From: a virus
Lineage: Duplodnaviria > Caudoviricetes
Length of the DNA: 64,000 bases
Direction: 5' to 3' (one strand)
Virus record (IMG/VR): IMGVR_UViG_3300028593_000003
Below, piece after piece: positions 45,257 to 52,517 of this stretch (position 1 is its first letter; every line of letters begins with the position of its first letter). The position numbers and the translations under genes were made by a program. The notes under the pieces are model-generated. The model worked only from the letters and a program-made list of their open reading frames with translations. It searched no databases and was not told the origin of the DNA.

Positions 45257-46429
45257 TTAGGATGGTAGACCGCTGATATCAACCTTCTTGTAGTAGAGGT
45301 TACTACCGAAGATGTGCTGGTGGATAGCATATCTGCTCATCAAACCAACGGTTGGATGGAAGGACTGCTCAAAGATAGTCTTTGATACCATCAGCTGAAT
45401 GTATGGAAGGTAAATAATACCTGCATCATACTCTGATGGGCCCTTGTAACCAACTGTCATATAGTCGGATGCGGCAAATGTGTCTCTGTAGACCGTAATA
45501 CGGCCATCAAGAGAACCCATCTTGGAGATACCCGCTACGAGAGTATTCATATCGCCGTCAGTTGGGTGAATAACGAAACTTGAAAGACCTTCGAATGCGG
45601 CACAAGTATATGGGGATGCCAGTACGAAATTACCAGCTCCTCTACGAGTGTCAATCGCGATCTTGTTGGCTCTACGAACAACCACGTTGTAGAGGTTTCT
45701 GTATTTCTCAGATTCCCATCTTCCATCCGCGGATGCTGAATATGACCAAGTTGTGGTTTCCGCAATACCGTTCACGACATTGACGATCTCTCTGTCAATT
45801 TCCGCCGTAATTTCGTATGCAAGAATGTCCATCATCTCCTCTTCGAGATCAAGACCGTGCATTGCTTTGAGGTCTTGTGCAACTTCAAGTGACCATCTGC
45901 TTCTCAATTTTCTTGTCTTGGCTTCTACCTGTGCCTTTTCAACCGTGAGGTTTACTTCGTTGATGGGGGTTCCCGCACCAACACCGAGGCCGACATCACC
46001 AGTAACATTAGAACCGAGAATTTCACCAGCAGATGTGATGTAAGATCCAGAATAGGTAGTATCCATCGTATTATAACCGAGCTCCGTACCAGGCGCTCCA
46101 GCATAATTTGATGCACCACCGGCTCTGAATCTGAGCGCGAACGCCAGCCCTACCGGGCCTGTGAGTGGCTGAACACCAACGATATCGTGGGCAATCAGCT
46201 CAGGGAAAGTACGTCTTACCATCGGAACGGCAATCTGATGAAAATCACCGGAAATCGCATAGGGCGATCCACGGCCGACTTCTGACCAGTTTCCTGCTTC
46301 CGTGAGGTACTTATATTCGTTCTCGAGCATAAGAGCCGTAGCTTTTTTGATCTTCTGAGAGCGAATTTTATTTCCCTCGGCGAGAACCTTATCCCATTTC
46401 TCAATCAACTGCTTTGTTTGTTCTCTCAT
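45257..46429 (-). CDS. gp23: Major capsid protein (T4 gp23)
   Basis: VRRTFPELIAHDIVGVQPLTGPVGLAFALR, AKTRKL, ELAQDLKA-like LEVAQDLKAMHG, EITAEIDRE, YDAGIIYLPY. Confidence 0.98.
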   Translation of the reverse strand: MREQTKQLIEKWDKVLAEGNKIRSQKIKKATALMLENEYKYLTEAGNWSEVGRGSPYAISGDFHQIAVPMVRRTFPELIAHDIVGVQPLTGPVGLAFALRFRAGGASNYAGAPGTELGYNTMDTTYSGSYITSAGEILGSNVTGDVGLGVGAGTPINEVNLTVEKAQVEAKTRKLRSRWSLEVAQDLKAMHGLDLEEEMMDILAYEITAEIDREIVNVVNGIAETTTWSYSASADGRWESEKYRNLYNVVVRRANKIAIDTRRGAGNFVLASPYTCAAFEGLSSFVIHPTDGDMNTLVAGISKMGSLDGRITVYRDTFAASDYMTVGYKGPSEYDAGIIYLPYIQLMVSKTIFEQSFHPTVGLMSRYAIHQHIFGSNLYYKKVDISGLPS

Positions 46430-46453
46430 TTCAGAATCTTCCTCCTATAAAAT

Positions 46454-47362
46454 TTAGAATTTATTCTCTTTCAGAATGGTGACAACTCCCTTCAGATACT
46501 TGCTAAAAGGATCGTCACTTTCCTCGACCGGCTTTCCTTCCTGATCTTCGACCTCGATTTTGCCTTGACCCATATCCTCCGCTGGAGTTGGTTCATCAGC
46601 ATCTTTCATCTTGGCGCCGCAGGATGGGCAGGCCATTGCGGAGCACGCACCTTTTGTGGTTGCGTGAGAACCGCAGGATGGGCAAACACAATCATTTGTC
46701 TTTGCCTCTGCATCAGGCTCCTGGCTGCCTGGCTTTAGACCAAATTCGGCATCCGGTGCTTCCTGTTCGAGAATGGTGTCAACAACAATCTGGAACTTTC
46801 TGTCGATTTCTGTTTTCTCATTCAGATCGCCCAGAAGGTCGAGAACCTTTCTCCTCTGTGCCTCTGTGAGGCCGTCACACTTCTTTCTCAAATAGAGATG
46901 AGATGCAAGAGCACGGGCATCTTCTTCTGCCTGAATTCTCTTTGAAGTTTCTTTGTTGAGTTCATCTTTCAGTTTGATGATCTCTTCTTTTGCTTCGCGG
47001 AGAAGGCCTTTGATTTCCTCATTCAGAACTCCCTCATCAATAGCAAGTCTTACTTTGAATTCCTGAATGACTTCATCATAAAGTTCGCCCTTCTTTGCAT
47101 ATTCCACAACTTTATCAGGCAACTTGAGTTCTTCTTCAAGAACGGTATCTACAAAATTGGAAAACTTTGATGTGATATCGCCTTTATATTCCTCAAACTT
47201 GCCCTCGTATTCCTCGATGAGTTTCTCAGATTCTTCCTTGACAAGCTTGTCTGCTCTCTCACGGGATTTTACATCCACGATGGCTTCCAGCTTCTCTTTT
47301 ACGGCTGAAATCTGTGACTCTTCGAGTTTCTCAATACCGAGCACTTTCAAGATTTCTTCCAT
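46454..47362 (-). CDS. Prohead scaffold protein (T4 gp22-like) with an inserted Cys-rich zinc module
   Basis: Acidic coiled coil, GLTEAQRRKV, position before gp23; CVCPSCG...C...CPSCG. Confidence 0.8.
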   Translation of the reverse strand: MEEILKVLGIEKLEESQISAVKEKLEAIVDVKSRERADKLVKEESEKLIEEYEGKFEEYKGDITSKFSNFVDTVLEEELKLPDKVVEYAKKGELYDEVIQEFKVRLAIDEGVLNEEIKGLLREAKEEIIKLKDELNKETSKRIQAEEDARALASHLYLRKKCDGLTEAQRRKVLDLLGDLNEKTEIDRKFQIVVDTILEQEAPDAEFGLKPGSQEPDAEAKTNDCVCPSCGSHATTKGACSAMACPSCGAKMKDADEPTPAEDMGQGKIEVEDQEGKPVEESDDPFSKYLKGVVTILKENKF

Positions 47363-47379
47363 CTACTCTTCCTCCTGTA

Positions 47380-47799
47380 TTATTTTTTACTCTTAGACTC
47401 AGAGAGTCTTTTAAGTCTTTTCTTTGGTTTCTTCGATTCGACAACTTCATCTTCGATATCTGCATATTCGTCTGCTATGGTATCATCAACCACTTCATCG
47501 TCTACTACATCCATTTCGGATGTATCGTCATCAAGATGTGTCTCATCGAAATTCCAATCTCTATCTGTCAGTTCGAATGGAGGTTCGAAGGCCGAGAGAA
47601 TTTCCTCTCTGATCCTTTTGCCTTCAGCATCAAGAACATTTGGGTCAAGGCTATAGATGAAATTTCCCATCCTATCGAGAAGCTCGTCCATATCAAAGCT
47701 TTCTTTCAAACATCGTTTTGGATCTCTCTTGCGAAGCCTCTTTTGATCTTTCGCAAGAAACTCATCAATTCTATCAAGAATAGACATACTTTCCTCCAT
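47380..47799 (-). CDS. Acidic prohead-associated protein (leader SILDRIDEFLAKD)
   Basis: Very acidic, in the head module, with a leader variant. Confidence 0.65.
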   Translation of the reverse strand: MEESMSILDRIDEFLAKDQKRLRKRDPKRCLKESFDMDELLDRMGNFIYSLDPNVLDAEGKRIREEILSAFEPPFELTDRDWNFDETHLDDDTSEMDVVDDEVVDDTIADEYADIEDEVVESKKPKKRLKRLSESKSKK

Positions 47800-47882
47800 T
47801 TGGAATTATTTATCGGTTTTTTGATTGTTTTGAACAGATTGGTTAAAACACAGGATTATCAAGGGTTTTCAGTTACAGTTTT

Positions 47883-48131
47883 TTATTTTGGTGTATATTT
47901 TTTACATACGCCGTTCAATGATACCCAAAATGTAAGTGTTCCATATTTTCTGGATATTCTTATATTTTGTGGATTTACACATCTATTTTTAAATTTGCCT
48001 ATATCAATGTGAAGGCAGGTTGCACAGACATCGATTTTTCTCTCCTGATATCCGGCCTCGAAATATTGTTCATCTTCATAGGTAGTCTCTTTTTCCGCCA
48101 AATATTTTTCCACCACTCTCTCTATTTCCAT
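47883..48131 (-). CDS. Cys-rich small protein with leader MEIERVVEKYLAE
   Basis: CATC...C...GVC; paralog of 35146-35427. Confidence 0.75.
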   Translation of the reverse strand: MEIERVVEKYLAEKETTYEDEQYFEAGYQERKIDVCATCLHIDIGKFKNRCVNPQNIRISRKYGTLTFWVSLNGVCKKYTPK

Positions 48132-48170
48132 TTCAAGCGTGTGCCTTCCCTACTATTTTTTGCTCCTGTT

Positions 48171-48400
48171 TTATTTTTTCAACTTACTTCTGAGCGACGC
48201 TAATTCTTCCTGTGCAAGTTTTAGATTGGTCTTAATAAGACTTAGATGACTATCGGCATACTCATCCGCCTGTTTATCATCTTTTATACTCTTCCAATGT
48301 TCCTCGGCTTTTTGATATACTACTTTTTTCCTTTCTATCTTTTTTTGAAGCTCAATAATTTTCTTTTTGATGGGTTCATTCTGTTTGGCCTTCTTCTCAT
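48171..48400 (-). pseudogene. 3' part of a leader-bearing gene interrupted by IS607
   Basis: Joins in frame with 50491-50569 (79+230 = 309 nt). Confidence 0.75.
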
Positions 48401-48414
48401 CCGTTCTCCAATAC

Positions 48415-49653
48415 CTACCAGAATCTACCATGAGATTCTGCGCTTGGTTCCTGCTTCAAAGAGGCTGCCAACGATACTGCTGTTGGTCTTATATCACTCT
48501 CCACAGGCGTAACTTTCCGAGGAACTCTCGGTAGTTTTGCTGCTAAATTCTTGAGATTGATGGCTGCGTTTAGGTCGCGGTCATGTATTGCACCACAGTC
48601 GCAAGTCCACTCCCTATCTGATAACTTCAACTCCGAGTTGATGCAACCACAATGCCTGCATAGACGCGAAGATGGGAAAAATCTGTCGGCGACTATCAAT
48701 TCGGAGCCGTACCAAACTGTCTTGTATTCCAGTTGCCTGCGAAACTCAGCAAATCCAACATCGCTGATTGCCTGTGCCAAGCAATGATTTGCCAACATCC
48801 CAGATACATTTAGGTCTTCAAGCACAACTACACTTGGACGTTCATTATCGGGTTTGGTTTTCGCAACGATAACAGACGTTGATTTGTGTAGTGTGTCACG
48901 GCGTATGTTGGCTATCCGTTGATGCGCTTTGGCAACTTTCTTCCGTGTCTTTTCTCGATTCTTTCCACCTTTCTTTCGGCGCGACAGTTCGCGTTGAAGC
49001 CGCCTGAGTTTAGCCTGTGCCTTCTTTAATGGCTTCGGATTCTCGAATCTCTGCCCATCAGAAACCACAGCCAATTCCTTAACGCCCAAATCAACGCCTA
49101 TGGGTTCTCCGATTGCCTGGGTAGCCTCAATCTCTTGTTTGCATTGAACACTTACAAACCATCGCCCTGCCGATTCTGAAACGGTGACAGATAAAATATG
49201 GATGCCATCAGCCGGGATGTAGCCGTGTTCTTTTAGCCTGAGCCAGCCAATACGAGGAAGTTTAATGTGTGTCTCAGTGATGTGAATTGCGCCAGTCAGT
49301 CTAAAACTTCCAATACCATTCTTGCGACTTTTGAACCTTGGGAAGCCCGGTTTTTTTTCATTCTTCACACGGCGGAAGAAGTTTTGATATGCCTTGTCCA
49401 AATCGCGCAGGGCTTCTTGTGGAGCAGCTTTTGAAACTTCGTAAAGCCAGGGGAAATCTGTCTTTTTCAATGCGTTCAACTGCCGGTGTTGCTCTATAGC
49501 ATTGCTGGACTTACCGGTTTCCTCATATTCCTGCTTTCGTCTTGCAAGTCCCCAGTTCCAAGCAAAGCGAGCAGCGCCCGCATGTTTCAGCAATGCAGTT
49601 CGTTGAACATTGTTGGGGTCAAGCTCGGTTTTGTAGGCTCTAAGAATTTCCAT
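48415..49653 (-). CDS. tnpB: TnpB RNA-guided nuclease
   Basis: RAYKTEL HTH, GFPRFKSRK, RuvC GVDLGV / VLEDL / DRDLNAAINL, zinc finger CRHCG...CDCG. Start at MEILRAYK. Confidence 0.96.
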   Translation of the reverse strand: MEILRAYKTELDPNNVQRTALLKHAGAARFAWNWGLARRKQEYEETGKSSNAIEQHRQLNALKKTDFPWLYEVSKAAPQEALRDLDKAYQNFFRRVKNEKKPGFPRFKSRKNGIGSFRLTGAIHITETHIKLPRIGWLRLKEHGYIPADGIHILSVTVSESAGRWFVSVQCKQEIEATQAIGEPIGVDLGVKELAVVSDGQRFENPKPLKKAQAKLRRLQRELSRRKKGGKNREKTRKKVAKAHQRIANIRRDTLHKSTSVIVAKTKPDNERPSVVVLEDLNVSGMLANHCLAQAISDVGFAEFRRQLEYKTVWYGSELIVADRFFPSSRLCRHCGCINSELKLSDREWTCDCGAIHDRDLNAAINLKNLAAKLPRVPRKVTPVESDIRPTAVSLAASLKQEPSAESHGRFW

Positions 49654-50266
49654 CAGTCTTTTTCTTCCTACGTTCTGCACTTCTGCGACCATAGATTTTT
49701 GCGCTGAATGACGAAAGCAATGAAAGCATATCCTCGACCAACTCAGCCTCGTAGGATTTTGGCAATACTTCTTCACACCATTCTACGGCAACACCGTGAC
49801 TCTCAAATAGTCTGACAAAGATTGAGAAATTGAAACGAGCCAATCTATCCTTGTGTTCAATGACAACTCGATTGATTTTCTGCTCGATAGCCAAGTCAAA
49901 TAACCTGTGCAACTTTGGGCGGCTGTCGTTCATGCCTGATAGCGTTTCCTCAAAAACATAGCCAACTCGATATTGTTTGTTGGCACAGTATTCAAGCACT
50001 CGCAACTTTTGGCGTTCTAAGTCGCCTTTCTGTTTCTGGTCGTGGCTGCTGACACGGGTATAAACCGCAACACAATCATTTGGCGGATTGTCTTCTGATA
50101 CTACACCTTGAAGTTGCTCAATATCTTCAATGCGGTATCTCCGATGTCCGCCCTTTGTACGTTCTGCTTTCAATGCGCCAGAATCGTCCCACGCTCGGAG
50201 CGTAGAGATTCCGACACCCAAAAGTTCAGCGGCTTTCGCTATCCCGATTAGTCTCTTGCTCGTCAT
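49640..50266 (-). CDS. tnpA: IS607 TnpA serine recombinase
   Basis: MerR-like HTH (AAELLGVGISTLRAWD...GGHRRY), YTRVSS, DRLARF, ELVEDM, SFSAKIYGRR. Confidence 0.96.
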   Translation of the reverse strand: MTSKRLIGIAKAAELLGVGISTLRAWDDSGALKAERTKGGHRRYRIEDIEQLQGVVSEDNPPNDCVAVYTRVSSHDQKQKGDLERQKLRVLEYCANKQYRVGYVFEETLSGMNDSRPKLHRLFDLAIEQKINRVVIEHKDRLARFNFSIFVRLFESHGVAVEWCEEVLPKSYEAELVEDMLSLLSSFSAKIYGRRSAERRKKKTDGNS

Positions 50267-50423
50267 CCAGTTCCTTCTCGAAAAGTTCTCGCCAATGGTC
50301 GTAGATGCGCTGAAATTCCTCATTGGTGGGAACTTCATCGAGTTCAAACGGGTGTTGGTAAACCCGCCCGTCGTCAAGTTCAAACTCAGTCTTGGTTACT
50401 CGTGTGACCATCGCTCGTTTCAT
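50226..50423 (-). CDS. Small acidic ORF carried inside the IS607, upstream of tnpA
   Basis: 65 aa with a GGAGGTG RBS; overlaps the tnpA start. Confidence 0.6.
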   Translation of the reverse strand: MKRAMVTRVTKTEFELDDGRVYQHPFELDEVPTNEEFQRIYDHWRELFEKELDDEQETNRDSESR

Positions 50424-50490
50424 CCTTCACCTCCAATTATACTAAAAGATTTTGGTAGTGTCAAGTAGATTATAGTAGATTATCTACTAA

Positions 50491-50569
50491 CTGTTCCTAC
50501 CCTTTCTTTTTGGCTTAGGCCAAAAATTTCACCAAGATATCTTTCCATTATCAAATCTACTTTATCCAT
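50491..50569 (-). pseudogene. 5' part of the interrupted gene (MDKVDLIMERYLGEIFGLSQKERVGT)
   Basis: TAATG-coupled ATG at 50569 and a YLxE leader; not in the supplied ORF track. Confidence 0.75.
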
Positions 50570-51003
50570 TATATGTTTCTCCCTGTTGTGAACTTTACTT
50601 TATACTCAAAAAGGTCTTTCAATGTGCTGAGACTTTTCCAGAGATAGGTATAGGCCTCATGTATTGTTTCGTATTCCTCATCATCAAAAAAACCATCCCG
50701 CCACATTGCTTTCAACGAATTGAGGTTCCTTTCCATTTCATTGTCAAACTTTCTTATACTGGAAACCATATTGGCCAATGCCATCGGGGCGCTTGCCTCA
50801 TTCATCTCATATTGTTTCGATTCTGGAAATGTGACATCGCCGGTGAAGGTGGTTTCAACGGAACCGCTGATATACTTGTCCATCAGTTGATAGGCCTTTT
50901 TGGTTTTCTTCTTGGCCTGATAAAACTCCGGAAACTTTTTCCTGAGCATATCGTCAATTTTCTCTTCCTTGCCCATTTTTCCACCCTCTATTTCCGTGTT
51001 CAT
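50569..51003 (-). CDS. Hypothetical head-module protein
   Basis: 144-aa coupled ORF with a weak leader (EEKIDDMLRK). Confidence 0.65.
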   Translation of the reverse strand: MNTEIEGGKMGKEEKIDDMLRKKFPEFYQAKKKTKKAYQLMDKYISGSVETTFTGDVTFPESKQYEMNEASAPMALANMVSSIRKFDNEMERNLNSLKAMWRDGFFDDEEYETIHEAYTYLWKSLSTLKDLFEYKVKFTTGRNI

Positions 51004-51638
51004 TACTTCATCCCCCTCTCGATATCAGCAATAACTTGCCAGATTTTCTTGTAATACTCTTTCTGCGCCTCTTTCAGGGAGATTTTTGGCTGCTCGATAA
51101 CAGGCTCTTCGACAACCTTTTCCTTTTTTGGTGGTTCAAAGTCCTGGCCTTCATAGATACCATTTACCCAAGACGGGTGATTGGACGGGTCTGTAACCAT
51201 ATCCCAAGTGATGAGATAAAAGTCCTCATTGACATAACCATTCTCATTGACGGAACCGAGGCCTCTGGAAGAAATACCCATTCTGCCTTCTTTGATAAGG
51301 GTCTTGGCAATATTTCCCATCGGAGTATCAAGAACTTTTGACCTCCCGATTACATTCGGGCCATCCCAATCAAGCTTTTCAGTCAGAATGGCAATCTTGT
51401 CAGGATTGATTTCAGGATTTGGTGGGTGACCAAGTTCGCCCCAAAGGCTCCTGTTCGTCAATCTCTCTTCCAGCTTGCCAATTTCTCTTTCGAGAATATC
51501 TTTGGAATATATCCTCTTGTTGTTGTTCTCTTGATCGGCTGTGCTGTAGATGCCAGTAATGTAAAGAGATTTCCCTTTCTGTTCAGACTCCTCCACAATA
51601 AACTCAATATTGTGGGAGAGCTCGGTAATAAGCTTCAT
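51003..51638 (-). CDS. gp21: Prohead protease (T4 gp21)
   Basis: MKLITE, NNNKRIY, GELGHP, LDTPMG, GISSRGLGS, DMVTDPS. Confidence 0.96.
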   Translation of the reverse strand: MKLITELSHNIEFIVEESEQKGKSLYITGIYSTADQENNNKRIYSKDILEREIGKLEERLTNRSLWGELGHPPNPEINPDKIAILTEKLDWDGPNVIGRSKVLDTPMGNIAKTLIKEGRMGISSRGLGSVNENGYVNEDFYLITWDMVTDPSNHPSWVNGIYEGQDFEPPKKEKVVEEPVIEQPKISLKEAQKEYYKKIWQVIADIERGMK

Positions 51639-51677
51639 TTTCTTTTCCTCCCAGTTTCTTTACACGAACAAATAAAA

Positions 51678-52028
51678 TTACTCGTTCCCGGCACCAACTG
51701 TTTTCAGAATACGGATAGGTGTGGTCTTGATGACATTGATGACCTGCGCAATTCTCTGATTGTTGGGGAATTTCGTTACAAGTTCGTGTGCGAGAGACAT
51801 TGCTTTCGCAAACTTTGCTGGTGTATTTGCCATTGTGAGATAGTATTTCAATCTCTTGAGGCCCTGTGTAATACTGCCGGCATCCCTTGTTGGATCGTAG
51901 GTGCCTGGTACTGAACTGGCTACAGGCGGATAAAGTTTTTGATCACCGGCTGAAAATTCCTGTGGCTCCGGTTCATCAAAAACTCCTTCCTTCAAATACA
52001 TATCAATTTTTTCCTCGATCTTTTTCAT
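51678..52028 (-). CDS. Small protein with leader MKKIEEKIDMYLKE
   Basis: Carries the shared leader. Confidence 0.75.
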   Translation of the reverse strand: MKKIEEKIDMYLKEGVFDEPEPQEFSAGDQKLYPPVASSVPGTYDPTRDAGSITQGLKRLKYYLTMANTPAKFAKAMSLAHELVTKFPNNQRIAQVINVIKTTPIRILKTVGAGNE

Positions 52029-52210
52029 TTCTTCTTCTTGTCCTCCGCTGGTTTTTGTTTCGGTTTCTCTATATCTTTTGACAAGCCGAGCTTGTTCTTC
52101 AGATATTCATTCTTTGCCTGCTTGACAACATCCTTTACTACCTCTTTGGCAGTAATAAAATCGTCATTCTCAAAAGAATCCAAAGCTTTTTTAACGTCTT
52201 TTTCGTCCAT
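52025..52210 (-). CDS. Prohead core protein (gp67-like)
   Basis: MDEKDVKKALDSFENDDFITAKE with an AGGAG RBS; lies between portal and protease. Confidence 0.6.
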   Translation of the reverse strand: MDEKDVKKALDSFENDDFITAKEVVKDVVKQAKNEYLKNKLGLSKDIEKPKQKPAEDKKKK

Positions 52211-52220
52211 AACACACTCC

Positions 52221-52475
52221 TTATTTTTTGGCTGCCTTTTCTCTTTCTCTTTCAGCCTTTGCTTTTTCCTGATAACTCTCGATTCTCTTCTGCAGAGTTT
52301 CGATGTGGGCCTGTCCTCTTTTACGGATTTGCTCTTTCCTGTCAGGATCGTCCGTATCCTCCACAGCCCGACTGACCAGTTCACGGGTATCCCGTATCTG
52401 TTTTCTCAAAAGGCTAATAGTATCCGAGTAATCAGCTTCCATAAGATATCTTTTCATAACTCTGTTAACTTCCAT
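52221..52475 (-). CDS. Small coiled-coil protein with leader MEVNRVMKRYLME
   Basis: GAGGTG RBS and a late promoter upstream. Confidence 0.7.
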   Translation of the reverse strand: MEVNRVMKRYLMEADYSDTISLLRKQIRDTRELVSRAVEDTDDPDRKEQIRKRGQAHIETLQKRIESYQEKAKAEREREKAAKK

Positions 52476-52492
52476 CAGACACACCTCTGATA

Positions 52493-52500
52493 TATTTATA
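52493..52500 (-). promoter_or_regulatory. T4-type late promoter TATAAATA
   Basis: Exact consensus in an intergenic region. Confidence 0.7.
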
Positions 52501-52517
52501 ATTATTTATATATTTTA

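Larger units (their letters stand above)
48401..50490 (-). mobile_element. IS607-family insertion sequence (small ORF, tnpA, tnpB)
   Basis: Serine recombinase plus TnpB, with short subterminal repeats (GTAGATTAT x2 at the left end, TGGTAG at 10-nt spacing at the right end). Removing it restores an ORF. Exact ends are uncertain by about 10 nt. Confidence 0.88.

Noticed and set aside
48401-48431. Independent ORF start MVDSGRYW (48431), and the long N-terminal extensions of tnpA and tnpB in the ORF track
   Set aside because: The 48431 start lies within the IS right end. The tnpA and tnpB extensions overlap upstream genes and precede the conserved N-termini.
48415-49653. Cas12f/Cas14 effector
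   Set aside because: It is paired with IS607 tnpA inside an element, with no CRISPR array, so it is an ordinary TnpB.
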